64,000 bases of DNA from Candidatus Binataceae bacterium (GCA_035493515.1 DATJID010000007.1:55-64054), one strand, 5' to 3'. Shown: positions 45,898-55,482, counted from the first letter of the stretch. Program-made: numbers and translations. Notes: generated by a model not told the origin, from the letters alone.

Positions 45898-47469
45898 TTG
45901 GCGCTTGAGACCCTGATGGCCCTCAAGGCTGATCTCGTCCTGCATGGGGGAACGATCCTCGGTTATCCCGCCAGTGACTCGATTGCGGTCGCCGGCGGCA
46001 CCATCCTCGCTCTCGGACAGTACAGCGGCCTCAAGCCGCTGGTCGGCCCGCGCACTCACCTGATTCGGCTCGCCGGCCGCATCGTCGCGCCCGGGCTAAT
46101 CGATTCGCATTTACATTTCCTCGAGGCCGGGTCCGCCGTCTCCGGCCTGAGTTTGTGGCGATGCCGCCAGCTCGAGGATCTGATGGCCGAACTGCGGGTC
46201 GCCGCGGGCAAGGCGCCACCGGGCAACTGGCTCCGCGCATTCGGATGCGATGAGGCGCTGCTGGCCGGACGCCGCGGACCGACGCGCGCGGAACTCGACG
46301 CCGCGGTGCCCAAGAATCCGCTCCGCCTGCGCCATCAGACGCTCCACGCGTCGTGGCTCAATTCGCGCGCGATCGCCGCGCTCGGCCTCGAGGCGCCCGA
46401 CTTCAAGCCGCCCGAGGGCGCCGTTCTGATGCGCGACGCGACCGGCCGGTTGAGCGGTCTGGTGGCCGGCATGGAAAGCTACATCTCCCGTCGGCTCCCG
46501 CGCGTGACCCCGGCCGAGCTGGAGTCGCGCGCGCGTTTGTTCAGCCGCGAGCTCGCGGCGGCCGGCGTGACCGCGTTCACTGACGCGACCGTGCGCAACG
46601 GGCCCGAAGACGTCGCACTGATGGCGCGCATGGTGAACGGGCGGGCCGTGGCGCAACGGGTCGCGATGATGCTCGGCGCGCCCCACTTGAACGCCTTCAA
46701 CGAAGCGGCGCGGGCGGCACAGCCGGCCGGGATAAAACTGGTCGCGGTCAAGTTCGTCGAGAGCCCGCAAACCGACTATCGTCCGATCGCGCGATGGGTC
46801 GCGCGGGCGCGCGAAATCGGACTCGACTCGGCCTTCCACTGCACCGAAGTCGAAGACCTGGAACTCGCGCTCAACTCGCTCGAGACCGCCGCGCGTGGGA
46901 TGCCGCCGGCGCTCGAGGGCGGCCCGGTCTTTCGTATTGAGCACGGCGGGGTGATTACGCCCGAGCATCTCGAGCGGCTCAAAGCCCTGGGCGCGTGGGT
47001 GGTCACCAATCCCGGCTTTCCTTACTACCGCGGCGCAAAGTATATGACCGAACCCGGCCTGCTGCCCTACCTGTATCGCGCGCGCAGCCTCCTCGGGGCT
47101 GGTATCGAACTCGCCGGCGCCACCGACGCGCCGGTCACCCCGGCCCGTCCGCTGACCGCGATTGGCGCCGCCGCGATGCGTTTCTCGCTCGAAGGGTACG
47201 AAATCGGCCTCAACGAGCGGATTCCAATCGAACTGGGCTTCAGGCTTTTCACGACTCAGGCGGCGCGCCTGGCACGGCTCAACGCGGGCGAAATCTCGCT
47301 CGGCCGCCTGGCCGACCTGATCGTGTTGCCGCGCGATCCGATGGTCCTGAAGCCGGCCGACCTGATGAACCTGCCCGTCGATCTCACGATCGTCGGCGGA
47401 CGCGTCGTCTTCGAGCGCGGGCGGCCCGAGGTTGCAGCCAGCCCCGGGGCCGAGCTCTTCTCCGCCTGA
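45898..47469 (+). CDS. amidohydrolase family protein (Amidohydro_3 / YtcJ-like metal-dependent hydrolase)
   Basis: ADLVLHGGTIL....IAVAGG.I.A.G....RIVAPGLIDSHLHF. The start is uncertain (TTG 45898 or ATG 45916). Confidence 0.85.
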   Translation: MALETLMALKADLVLHGGTILGYPASDSIAVAGGTILALGQYSGLKPLVGPRTHLIRLAGRIVAPGLIDSHLHFLEAGSAVSGLSLWRCRQLEDLMAELRVAAGKAPPGNWLRAFGCDEALLAGRRGPTRAELDAAVPKNPLRLRHQTLHASWLNSRAIAALGLEAPDFKPPEGAVLMRDATGRLSGLVAGMESYISRRLPRVTPAELESRARLFSRELAAAGVTAFTDATVRNGPEDVALMARMVNGRAVAQRVAMMLGAPHLNAFNEAARAAQPAGIKLVAVKFVESPQTDYRPIARWVARAREIGLDSAFHCTEVEDLELALNSLETAARGMPPALEGGPVFRIEHGGVITPEHLERLKALGAWVVTNPGFPYYRGAKYMTEPGLLPYLYRARSLLGAGIELAGATDAPVTPARPLTAIGAAAMRFSLEGYEIGLNERIPIELGFRLFTTQAARLARLNAGEISLGRLADLIVLPRDPMVLKPADLMNLPVDLTIVGGRVVFERGRPEVAASPGAELFSA

Positions 47470-47568
47470 GTCCGCCGACGAAGTCCGACCGATTGCCAAC
47501 AACGGCCGCCCTTTATGGCGCAGGTATCGCACAGCATCCGCTCATTACCTCCATCGCCGGGCTTCAGC

Positions 47569-48348
47569 ATGATCCGGTTCGCCAAGCGCAACCGCGTCGC
47601 ATGGATAACGCTCAATCGGCCGCGCCAACTCAATGCCTACAATGTGGCGATGCGCGACGATCTCTTCGCCGCCCTAAGCGCGATCCATGACGACCCCGAG
47701 GTGCGCGCGATGGTGCTCTCCGGCGCGGGCTCCGCGTTTTCCACCGGCGGCGACGTGAGCGAGTTCGGGAGCGCGCCCTCGCCGACGGTTGCGCGATGGG
47801 TCCGGTTTCGGCGCGACGTGTGGGGTCGGCTCCGCGGCCTGCCCATTCCGACCATCGCCGCGGTTCATGGCTACGCGGTAGGCGGCGGCCTCGAGATGCT
47901 ACTGCTGTGCGACATAGCTATCGCTACCCCTGACGCGTCTTTTTGCCTGCCCGAGACGGGGCTCGGCATGATTCCCGGAGTGGCCGGCACGCAGACCGCC
48001 GCGCGACGCCTGGGAGTGGGACGCGCGCTCGACCTTTGCCTCACGGGCCGTTGGATTGACGCAAAGGAGGCTTTAGCAATAGGTTTGGTCGCCGAAGTCG
48101 TGCCCGCGGCGAAGCTGACGCGAGCGGCCGGCGCGCTGGCCCGCCGTCTGGGCCGTTTGCCGCGCGAGCGGCTGGCGCTGGCGAAACTCGCGGTCTGGGA
48201 CGGCCTGGACCTGCCGCTCGGCGAGGGGTTGGCGATGGAGCGCCGGCTCGCCCGCAGGCTCGAAAATTTCACGCTCGACGCGCGAGCATCGGCGGCCATG
48301 TCCCTCCCCAAAAGGGCGCGCCGCCATGGAGGAAACGGAGTACCGTGA
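47569..48348 (+). CDS. enoyl-CoA hydratase/isomerase (crotonase) family protein
   Basis: ITLNRP..LNA, GAGSAFSTGGD, AAVHGYAVGGGLEM; start at M19 of the track ORF. Confidence 0.85.
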   Translation: MIRFAKRNRVAWITLNRPRQLNAYNVAMRDDLFAALSAIHDDPEVRAMVLSGAGSAFSTGGDVSEFGSAPSPTVARWVRFRRDVWGRLRGLPIPTIAAVHGYAVGGGLEMLLLCDIAIATPDASFCLPETGLGMIPGVAGTQTAARRLGVGRALDLCLTGRWIDAKEALAIGLVAEVVPAAKLTRAAGALARRLGRLPRERLALAKLAVWDGLDLPLGEGLAMERRLARRLENFTLDARASAAMSLPKRARRHGGNGVP

Positions 48349-49898
48349 ACACCGTCAGTTTCATCAGCATCCCCGGCTCGATCGCTCCCGACCAGGAAAT
48401 CCTGGTCTTTGGCGATCGCAGGCTCAACTACGCAGCACTCAACGAACTGGTCGGGCGTCTAAGTTCGGCCTTCAAGACGCTCGGGCTCAAACCTCGCGAC
48501 GTAGTCGCCGCCCTCGACACCAACTCCGACAACTACATCGCCGGCTACTACGCCGCTGCCAAGGCCGGACTGACCTGGCTCCCGCTCAACTACCGCGCCA
48601 AGGATGCCGAGCTCGAGTACATGATCAACACTGCCGGCGCCAAGGTGCTGCTGGCAGGCGACCGCTACCTCGACCTCGTCGGGCGCGTCGCGCCCAAGCT
48701 AAAAACCGCCAAGGCGGTGGCCTGGGGCGAGGGCAAGGCCGGGATGCAGCGGCTCGCGGACCTGGTCAAGGCGGCCGAGGTAGATGACGGCGAAGTCGAA
48801 GTCGAGGATGAGGACGTCTCGGTCCTGATGTACACCAGCGGCACGACCTCGCTGCCCAAGGGCGTGATGCTGCGTTTTAGGGATTTCGCCGCCTACGTCA
48901 CGGCCAACGTCGAGATGGCCGACGGCAGCGAGCGCGGCGTCGCGCTGGTATGCGTGCCGTTTTACCACATCGCCGGAACCACGGCGATGATGACCAATTT
49001 GTGGACTGGGCGGCGGATGGTGATCATGCCGCAGTTCGACCCCAAGACCTGGCTGCAACTGGTCGCGCGCGAGAAAGTCACCCACGCCTTCGTCGTGCCT
49101 ACCATGATGAAGCAGTTGCTCGACGAGCCGTCGTTCGCCGACACGGATTTTTCGCATCTGACCAACCTGGCCTATGGCGGCGCGGCGATGCCGATTCAGA
49201 CTATCCGGCGCGCGATCGAGGCGTTTCCCAAAACCGTCGGCTTCGTCAACGCATACGGCCAGACTGAGACCACCTCTTCGTTGACTGTGCTCGGTCCGGA
49301 CGACCATCGGATCGACGGCGACGCCAAAACCGTTGAGCTCAAGCTCAAGCGGCTGAATTCGATCGGCCGCCCCTTGCCCGACGTCGAAATCGCCGTCCGC
49401 GACGACGACGGCGCGCTGCTGGCGGCGGGACAGGTCGGCGAAATCCTCATCCGCACCCCGCGCATTATGAAGGGCTACGCCGGGCGCGAGGACGATTCCC
49501 GTCTGCCCGAGGGATGGCGTGCGACCGGCGACCTCGGATGGGTCGACGAAGAGGGCTACGTGTTCTTCGCCGGACGCAAGGACGACATGATCATCCGCGG
49601 CGGCGAAAATATCGCGCCAGCCGAAATCGAGGCCGTCCTGATGAGCCATCCGGGGATCGACGAGGCGGCCGTAATCGGCGTGCCGTCGGTCGAATGGGGA
49701 CAGACTGTCAAGGCCTTCGTCGTCAAACGGCCGGGTCAGAACGTAACCGCGGCCGACCTCGGCGAGTTTTGCCGCACGCGCCTGGCAAGCTTCAAACGGC
49801 CCGAGTCGATCGAGTTCATCGAGGCGCTGCCCAAGAATCCGCTCGGCAAAATTCTGCGCAAGGAGCTGCGTGACAAGGGCGATACGCCAAGGCCCTGA
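48345..49898 (+). CDS. AMP-dependent acyl-CoA synthetase/ligase (class I adenylate-forming enzyme)
   Basis: MYTSGTTSLPKGV, YGQTET, TGDLG, GRKDDMIIRGGENI motifs. The GTGA start/stop overlaps the upstream crotonase. Confidence 0.9.
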   Translation: MNTVSFISIPGSIAPDQEILVFGDRRLNYAALNELVGRLSSAFKTLGLKPRDVVAALDTNSDNYIAGYYAAAKAGLTWLPLNYRAKDAELEYMINTAGAKVLLAGDRYLDLVGRVAPKLKTAKAVAWGEGKAGMQRLADLVKAAEVDDGEVEVEDEDVSVLMYTSGTTSLPKGVMLRFRDFAAYVTANVEMADGSERGVALVCVPFYHIAGTTAMMTNLWTGRRMVIMPQFDPKTWLQLVAREKVTHAFVVPTMMKQLLDEPSFADTDFSHLTNLAYGGAAMPIQTIRRAIEAFPKTVGFVNAYGQTETTSSLTVLGPDDHRIDGDAKTVELKLKRLNSIGRPLPDVEIAVRDDDGALLAAGQVGEILIRTPRIMKGYAGREDDSRLPEGWRATGDLGWVDEEGYVFFAGRKDDMIIRGGENIAPAEIEAVLMSHPGIDEAAVIGVPSVEWGQTVKAFVVKRPGQNVTAADLGEFCRTRLASFKRPESIEFIEALPKNPLGKILRKELRDKGDTPRP

Positions 49899-50670
49899 AC
49901 GCGCGCGTCCGGCGCGCGCCGCGGCGGGCCGGGTCGAAGTCGCTCGCGCCGGCGGATGCGTGACCGCAACGCTCAAGCGGCCGACCGCGCGCAATCGGCT
50001 TGACGCCGCGATGGCGCAGCGGCTGGTCGAACTTGCCGAGGAGGTCGAAGACGATCCGGGAGCGCTGATGCTCGTCCTTCGCGGCGCCGGCGGAAACTTC
50101 TGCGCGGGCTTCGACGACGAGGTCGACACGATCGCTCCGAGCGTGGTTGAATCGATCGCCGTGCTCTCCAAGCCGACGCTCACGATTATCGAGGGCGTTG
50201 CCGCCGATGAAGGGACGGAACTGGCGCTTGCCGCTGACCTTCGCGTCGCCGCGCGATCGGCACGCTTCGCGATGGGCCAGCTAGGGCGCGGCCGGATGCC
50301 GCGCTTTGGCGGTACCCAGCGCCTCCCGCGGCTTATTGGCGCGGCCCATGCGCTCAGAATGCTGCTGACGGGCGCGCAGGTCGATGGTGACGAGGCGCTA
50401 CGCCTCGGACTCGTGACCTATATCGCGCCTGGTCCCGGCCGCGTCGCGCTCGAGCGCGTGGTTGGCGAGGTCGCACGTGCGATCTTAAGCCGCGGTCCGG
50501 TCGCCGCGCGGCTGGCCAAGGAGGCCGTGCGCAAGGGATGCGACTTGACCCTGGATCAGGGTATAAGGCTTGAAGAGGATCTGTACGCCTTGCTACAAAC
50601 CACAGCCGACCGCGCCGAGGGCGTCCGGGCCTTCCTGGACAAGCGCAAGCCGCTGTTTCGCGGCGCCTGA
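49870..50670 (+). CDS. enoyl-CoA hydratase/isomerase family protein
   Basis: TLKRP.ARN.L, GAGGNFCAGFD, EG.AADEGTELALA.D. The 29-nt overlap with the ligase gene leaves the start uncertain. Confidence 0.8.
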   Translation: MTRAIRQGPERARPARAAAGRVEVARAGGCVTATLKRPTARNRLDAAMAQRLVELAEEVEDDPGALMLVLRGAGGNFCAGFDDEVDTIAPSVVESIAVLSKPTLTIIEGVAADEGTELALAADLRVAARSARFAMGQLGRGRMPRFGGTQRLPRLIGAAHALRMLLTGAQVDGDEALRLGLVTYIAPGPGRVALERVVGEVARAILSRGPVAARLAKEAVRKGCDLTLDQGIRLEEDLYALLQTTADRAEGVRAFLDKRKPLFRGA

Positions 50671-50721
50671 AGCCGTTATGCGCGGCGCGTCACATCCAAC
50701 TTAACGGAGCGACCAACAACG

Positions 50722-50841
50722 ATGGCCAACCAGCTGGGAAAAGTTTACATCTGCGGCAAATGCGGATCGCAGGTAATTGTCACCAAGGGCGGCGCGGGCG
50801 CGCTCAAGTGCTGCGGCGCCCCGATGGAACAGAAGAAGTAG
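50722..50841 (+). CDS. desulforedoxin-type small Cys4 metal-binding protein (39 aa)
   Basis: Hand-translated as MANQLGKVYICGKCGSQVIVTKGGAGALKCCGAPMEQKK. Same C-x2-C-x15-C-C spacing; about 60% identical by eye to the 45680 copy over the shared core. Below the ORF-track cutoff. Confidence 0.75.
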   Translation: MANQLGKVYICGKCGSQVIVTKGGAGALKCCGAPMEQKK

Positions 50842-50883
50842 GCGCAGCGGCGCCGAAGCGAGAGATCGTCGAAGTGAAGTGAA

Positions 50884-51525
50884 ATGAAAGTCACGCTCAG
50901 CTTCGACAACGGGCCCGATCCCGAGGTGACCGGTAACGTCCTCGACGTGCTCGGCGCCGCGGGAGTGCGCTCGACCTTCTTCGTAATCGGAGAGAAGCTG
51001 GGCGACCGCGGCTGCCGCACCCGCGCCGAGCGCGCTCGCGCCGAGGGCCACTGGATCGGCAATCACAGCCTGACGCACAGCAAGCCGTTCGGCCGGCGCG
51101 AGGACCGCGACGGCGCCGAGGACGAGATTGGCCGCGCTCAGCGAATGATCGGCTCGCTCGCGCATCCCGACCGCCTGTTCCGTCCCTTTGGCGGCGGCGG
51201 CGCGCTCGATTCGGGCCTGCTGAATCGCAAGGTGGTCGACTACCTGTGCGCCGGCGGCTTCAGCTGTGTGCTATGGAATTGCATTCCACGCGATTGGGAA
51301 GACCCCGGCGGATGGCCCGAGCGGGCGCTCGCTCAGTGCCGCGCCACGCCATGGAGCGTGGTCGTGTTGCATGATCTGCCGACCGGCGCGATGCTCAATC
51401 TCGAGCGTTTTCTCGGCCTCCTGCGCGGCGCGGGCGCCGAGATCGTACAGGAGTTTCCTCCCGAGTGCGTCCCGATCCTGCGCGGCCGCGTGATGTTTCC
51501 GGTCGACCAGTACATCGCCGCGTGA
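50884..51525 (+). CDS. polysaccharide deacetylase (NodB homology / CE4) family protein
   Basis: LSFDNGPD, STFFVIG, IGNHSLTH motifs. Confidence 0.85.
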   Translation: MKVTLSFDNGPDPEVTGNVLDVLGAAGVRSTFFVIGEKLGDRGCRTRAERARAEGHWIGNHSLTHSKPFGRREDRDGAEDEIGRAQRMIGSLAHPDRLFRPFGGGGALDSGLLNRKVVDYLCAGGFSCVLWNCIPRDWEDPGGWPERALAQCRATPWSVVVLHDLPTGAMLNLERFLGLLRGAGAEIVQEFPPECVPILRGRVMFPVDQYIAA

Positions 51526-51592
51526 GTGGTGCGCGAGCCGCCCCGGCGTTCCCGTCACTCACGGATCTTTCACCACAGGGAGGGTTCATCGC

Positions 51593-51841
51593 ATGATCGG
51601 CGCAATCATTATCGGACTAATCGCGGGCTGGCTCGCCGGGAAGATCGTACGCGGCGAGGGCTACGGCATGTTTGCCGACATCCTGCTCGGCCTGGTGGGC
51701 GCCGTCATCGGCAATCGGATTTTCGACGCATTCAACATCCAGGTGTATAGCGGAATCGGACATCTTGCGATGGCGACGGTGGGCGCGATCGTCCTGGTCG
51801 GAATCGTGCATCTGATTCACAGCCCGTCGCCTCAGCACTGA
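51593..51841 (+). CDS. GlsB/YeaQ/YmgE family stress-response membrane protein
   Basis: MIGAIIIGLIAGWLAGKIVRGEGYGMFADILLGLVGAVIG is characteristic of the family (82 aa). Confidence 0.85.
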   Translation: MIGAIIIGLIAGWLAGKIVRGEGYGMFADILLGLVGAVIGNRIFDAFNIQVYSGIGHLAMATVGAIVLVGIVHLIHSPSPQH

Positions 51842-51882
51842 CTGGCGCGGGGCACAAATCGAATTGATCTCCTGAACGCGCC

Positions 51883-51920
51883 GGCGGCGGCCGATCCGAG
51901 GATCGGTCGCCGCCGCTTTG
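51883..51920 (+). terminator. stem-loop terminator candidate after the GlsB-like gene
   Basis: GGCGGCGGCCGATCC-GA-GGATCGGTCGCCGCC (one G.U) followed by GCTTTGG. Confidence 0.55.
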
Positions 51921-51953
51921 GCGAACAAAGCCATCAGGCTTCTTCAGGAGTTC

Positions 51954-52541
51954 CTAGTTTTCCCGCTCCCAGTGTGGCGCCGAGATTGGAGTCTGGAAGG
52001 TAGTGCCGCTCGCCGCCTCTCCCATCTCCGTGCAATCGAGTGACTTGCCCGACGGGCCCGACAATGCGCAGAACAACTGGACCGGCGATCCGGGGCTGGC
52101 GGAACCGCTGACCGCGCAGCTCGGCACGGTGGTCCCGGTGCAGGTCACTGTTTTGCAACTGCTGGTCAGATTAATCGTAACGAATCCGCCCGCCGTGCCG
52201 ACGGGAGCACTGCCAACCGTATACGAACCAAGGAGAGAACAACTCGACGCGGCGCCAGTGCCTGGTGCGCCGTAGTTCTCGTTGAGGAACCCGGAAAGGT
52301 TCCCTTTGCCGTCGCTGAACATCGCACCCGAAACTGCGTACGGTATCGCCGGTGGATTCGGCTCGCTCACGGTCCCGGTGATCGACGCGTCAAAGGCATG
52401 ATACGAGGCGACGTAGCGTCCGTGAAAATTATGCTCGTTTATTCCGGCGAAGGCCGAGCCGCCACCGGCCATCAATAACAGTCCGAGACTCGGGATTGCT
52501 GCCAGAGCCAAACGCGCAAGATAGCCAGTTCTGTTTTCCAT
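51954..52541 (-). CDS. secreted hypothetical protein (Cys-containing, Gly/Ser/Thr-rich)
   Basis: 195 aa with signal peptide (LALAAIPSLGLLLMAGGGSAFAG); no family recognised. Confidence 0.5.
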   Translation of the reverse strand: MENRTGYLARLALAAIPSLGLLLMAGGGSAFAGINEHNFHGRYVASYHAFDASITGTVSEPNPPAIPYAVSGAMFSDGKGNLSGFLNENYGAPGTGAASSCSLLGSYTVGSAPVGTAGGFVTINLTSSCKTVTCTGTTVPSCAVSGSASPGSPVQLFCALSGPSGKSLDCTEMGEAASGTTFQTPISAPHWEREN

Positions 52542-52797
52542 CCGTTATACCTCTTTCAAAGTCAAAATGAGTATCTGCCAGACTAACGCCTTCGCTATGG
52601 TACGAAGCAAGCGAACCAGCGCGGATTGGAAAATTTGCGACATTACGGCTTGCTAGGGTCGAATTTGATCATCGCTGGCGCCGAGGGGAACGCGCCGCCC
52701 CGCTCGGGCATCATACGACAGGTTGAGGCCGCCTGCGCCAAAGCGCGCGTGTATCCTTCGGCTCGCCGTGTGCGTGTGGCGAACGCCATCCTCGAGG

Positions 52798-52841
52798 CCA
52801 AAAGCACCGAAGCCCGACTGTCCTTTGGACAGCGGGGCTTC
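52798..52841 (-). terminator. terminator candidate downstream of the LLM oxidoreductase gene
   Basis: Minus strand reads GAAGCCCCGCTGTCC-AAA-GGACAGTCGGGCTTC (bulged stem), then GGTGCTTTTGG. Confidence 0.45.
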
Positions 52842-52905
52842 TGATTACGTAATCGGACCTTGATTTATGACTATATAGTTGAGACCGAAACCTTGCCCTG
52901 ATGAA

Positions 52906-53943
52906 TCAACGCAACTTCGGCATTACTTCTTTCGCGAACAGCTCCATCGAACGGCGCGCCTTCTGCGCAGGCATCCCCGGCAACTGCATCCACATCACCA
53001 GATGCGTCACCCGGCCCGCCTCACTGTAACGCTTGAGCTCCCGTACCACGTCATCCGGAGTTCCCACGGCCAGCGGCGCCTGAAAAAAGCTTAGTCCCGG
53101 TGTATTGCGCATCTTGCCCGGAGGCGGAACGTCGGATTGTGAGAAGACCGCTTCGCTCCAGGGCAAATCGTTCGCCTCTTTAAAACGCCGATCGTACGCC
53201 GTCATCATGTAGTACAGATGCTCCTCGGCGTCGTCCCAGGCCTGCTCGCGTGTCTCGGCGACATAGACCGCGCGCAACTGCGCGATGTAGTGGCTCGCGA
53301 CGTCGTGGCCGTGGCTGCGCAGGCCCGCGTCGTACATCTGCTGCAGATCGACGCCGCCACTGCCGGCCAGGTGATATCCCATCCTGGCCACGCGGGCGAC
53401 CGACTTTTCCGCCATCGCGGCGATCCAGAGCGGCGGAAAAGGCTTCTGCACCGGCTTGGGTGTCAGATTCACGTTTTTCATCTGGTAGTACTTGCCGTCG
53501 AAGGAAAAGTTCTCCTCGGTGAAGCATCGCCGTATCAGCTCCACTCCCTCCTCGACCCGTCCGCCGCGCTGACTGCGCGGAATGCGGAAGCTGTCGAACT
53601 CGCTAACCACGTAGCCCTGGCCAACGCCCAGGTCGAGCCGCCCTTTGGACAGGATATCGACCGTCGCTGCGTCCTCGGCGACGCGGACCGGATGATGAAA
53701 GGGCAGAATGATGATGAAGGTTCCCAAGCGGATGCGGCTGGTGCGCTGCGCGAGGGCTGAGAGAATCGGCAGCAGCGAGGGTGACCAGGCGTCATCGTAA
53801 AAATGATGCTCGGTGGTCCAGACGTGGTCGTAGCCGAGTTCCTCCGCCAGGACGGCCTCTTGAAGATGCTCGTCGTAAACCTCGGTTATCGGCCGATGCC
53901 ACTGCGGAGGGTTGCGAAATGGTAGAAGAATTCCGAAGTCCAT
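52906..53943 (-). CDS. LLM-class F420/flavin-dependent oxidoreductase
   Basis: 345 aa luciferase-like protein (LGYDHVWTTEHHF, RLDLGVGQGY, KPVQKPFPPLWIAA). Confidence 0.85.
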   Translation of the reverse strand: MDFGILLPFRNPPQWHRPITEVYDEHLQEAVLAEELGYDHVWTTEHHFYDDAWSPSLLPILSALAQRTSRIRLGTFIIILPFHHPVRVAEDAATVDILSKGRLDLGVGQGYVVSEFDSFRIPRSQRGGRVEEGVELIRRCFTEENFSFDGKYYQMKNVNLTPKPVQKPFPPLWIAAMAEKSVARVARMGYHLAGSGGVDLQQMYDAGLRSHGHDVASHYIAQLRAVYVAETREQAWDDAEEHLYYMMTAYDRRFKEANDLPWSEAVFSQSDVPPPGKMRNTPGLSFFQAPLAVGTPDDVVRELKRYSEAGRVTHLVMWMQLPGMPAQKARRSMELFAKEVMPKLR

Positions 53944-54046
53944 GGGCGGAAGCTCCTTGATCGATGTGGAACGTTGAATCGCTCTGGCGAATCTTCGCCC
54001 TTATGGCACAAGCGGGGGCGCGCGGGAAATGTCAGCGGCCGCGGGC

Positions 54047-54889
54047 CTATACCGCGTTGAATCCCTCGCGGCTGAAGAGCACCCGCTCCTCGCCCAGTCG
54101 CGCGCGCATCGCCGCCATCAGTTCGCGCTCCGCACCCGGCCGAAACCATTCCTTGTAACCCAGCCGCGCATACAGCTCCTCCATCCCGAGCGCGCGCGAG
54201 CGCCGGCCACCTGAGCCGTCACCGTCGAAGTAAGTGTCGACGACCACGCGATCGGCGCCGCCGTCGGCCAGCTCAGCGAGGCGCTCGGGATGGTTCGGCA
54301 TCATCGGAGCGATCGCGAGCTGCACGAACACGCCGGCCGCGCGCAGCCGACGCGCCGTTGCGAGCCGCCGCGCGATCGACGGCGAGGTCGGCGTGAGCGC
54401 GCGGCGCACCTGCTCATCGTCGGTCTCCACGGTTATCGACGCGATGAGCCGCGGCCCCAGGTGCGTCAGCAGATCGAGGTCGCGTTCGATCATCGGACTC
54501 CGCGTCTGCAGCAGCACGCGGCGCGGAGGCCGACGCACGAACAACTCCAGCGCGCCGCGCGTCAGGCGCATCCGGCGCTCCATGCCCTGGTACGGATCCG
54601 TCGCGCTCGACATGAAAACGGCCGCGCGTTCGAGCTTCCCCGATTTTTCCAGCGCGCCAAGCTCGCGCGCTAGCAACTCCAGCAGATTGGACTTGGCGAC
54701 TACCCACGTACCCCACGGCCCCGCCCGCGCTCGAGCGACCGGCAGCGCCCGCACGTAACAGAAGGGGCATCCGCCATGGTCGCCAAACGCGCATCCGACG
54801 TATGGGTTAAGCGAGTAGCTGAAGCCGTCCAGGAAACCGCCGGTAGGAGTGAGTGCGCGTGTCGCCGGGGTAGCCGAATAGGTGCGCAT
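54047..54889 (-). CDS. radical SAM protein of the SPL/DNA-photolyase-like (COG1533) family
   Basis: SLNPYVGCAFGDHGGCPFCYVR cluster-binding region, SSATDPYQ, LLQTRSP..RDLDLL and LAIAPMMP layout typical of COG1533 proteins (from memory). Confidence 0.65.
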   Translation of the reverse strand: MRTYSATPATRALTPTGGFLDGFSYSLNPYVGCAFGDHGGCPFCYVRALPVARARAGPWGTWVVAKSNLLELLARELGALEKSGKLERAAVFMSSATDPYQGMERRMRLTRGALELFVRRPPRRVLLQTRSPMIERDLDLLTHLGPRLIASITVETDDEQVRRALTPTSPSIARRLATARRLRAAGVFVQLAIAPMMPNHPERLAELADGGADRVVVDTYFDGDGSGGRRSRALGMEELYARLGYKEWFRPGAERELMAAMRARLGEERVLFSREGFNAV

Positions 54890-54980
54890 TTAAGCCTCGA
54901 ATCGCGGGCGCGGAGCACGGCGGCGCATCGCCCGTGGCGTCCTGCGAGCATTGACATAAGCTGCACGCCGGGCACAAACT

Positions 54981-55430
54981 ATGGTCATGCGACGGCTAAT
55001 GCTTTGCACAGTCATGGTCCTGGTGATGGCGATGCCGGCGATGGCGCTCGCCCAGCAGGGCCCATACAACGACAAGCAGAATCCCAACGAGTATACCAAT
55101 ACCGAGGATGGGCAACTGCTCAAGGTGGTCAGCTACTTCATCGCGCCAATTGGCTACGCGCTGGAGTGGGGCGTGACCCGTCCGTTGCATTATCTCGCGA
55201 CCAAGTCCTCGCTCGCCCCGATGATGAGCGGCGACACCGAATACAGCCAGATATACAACCCCGGCGAGAACGCTCAGCCAATTGTGCCCGTGCTGCCAGC
55301 CAACACGGCCTCAGCGGCCGAAAGCGCCGCGCCGCAAACTTACATCGAGCGCACGCCGGTCGGCCCGGTCACGGTGCCGGCACCGCTGGTGCCGCTGACT
55401 TCGCCTCCCGCGCAGCCGGTGTTGCACTGA
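54981..55430 (+). CDS. secreted hypothetical protein
   Basis: 149 aa; signal peptide LMLCTVMVLVMAMPAMALAQQ; no family recognised. Confidence 0.5.
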   Translation: MVMRRLMLCTVMVLVMAMPAMALAQQGPYNDKQNPNEYTNTEDGQLLKVVSYFIAPIGYALEWGVTRPLHYLATKSSLAPMMSGDTEYSQIYNPGENAQPIVPVLPANTASAAESAAPQTYIERTPVGPVTVPAPLVPLTSPPAQPVLH

Positions 55431-55439
55431 TTACCGATC

Positions 55440-55482
55440 GTTAATTAAAGATTGCGCACGCGTTAATCAAAGATTGCGAACG
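55440..55482. repeat. tandem AT-rich direct repeat (2 x 21 nt, 22-nt period)
   Basis: GTTAATTAAAGATTGCGCACG c GTTAATCAAAGATTGCGAACG, with 2 mismatches. It lies between a stop codon and its terminator. Confidence 0.7.
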
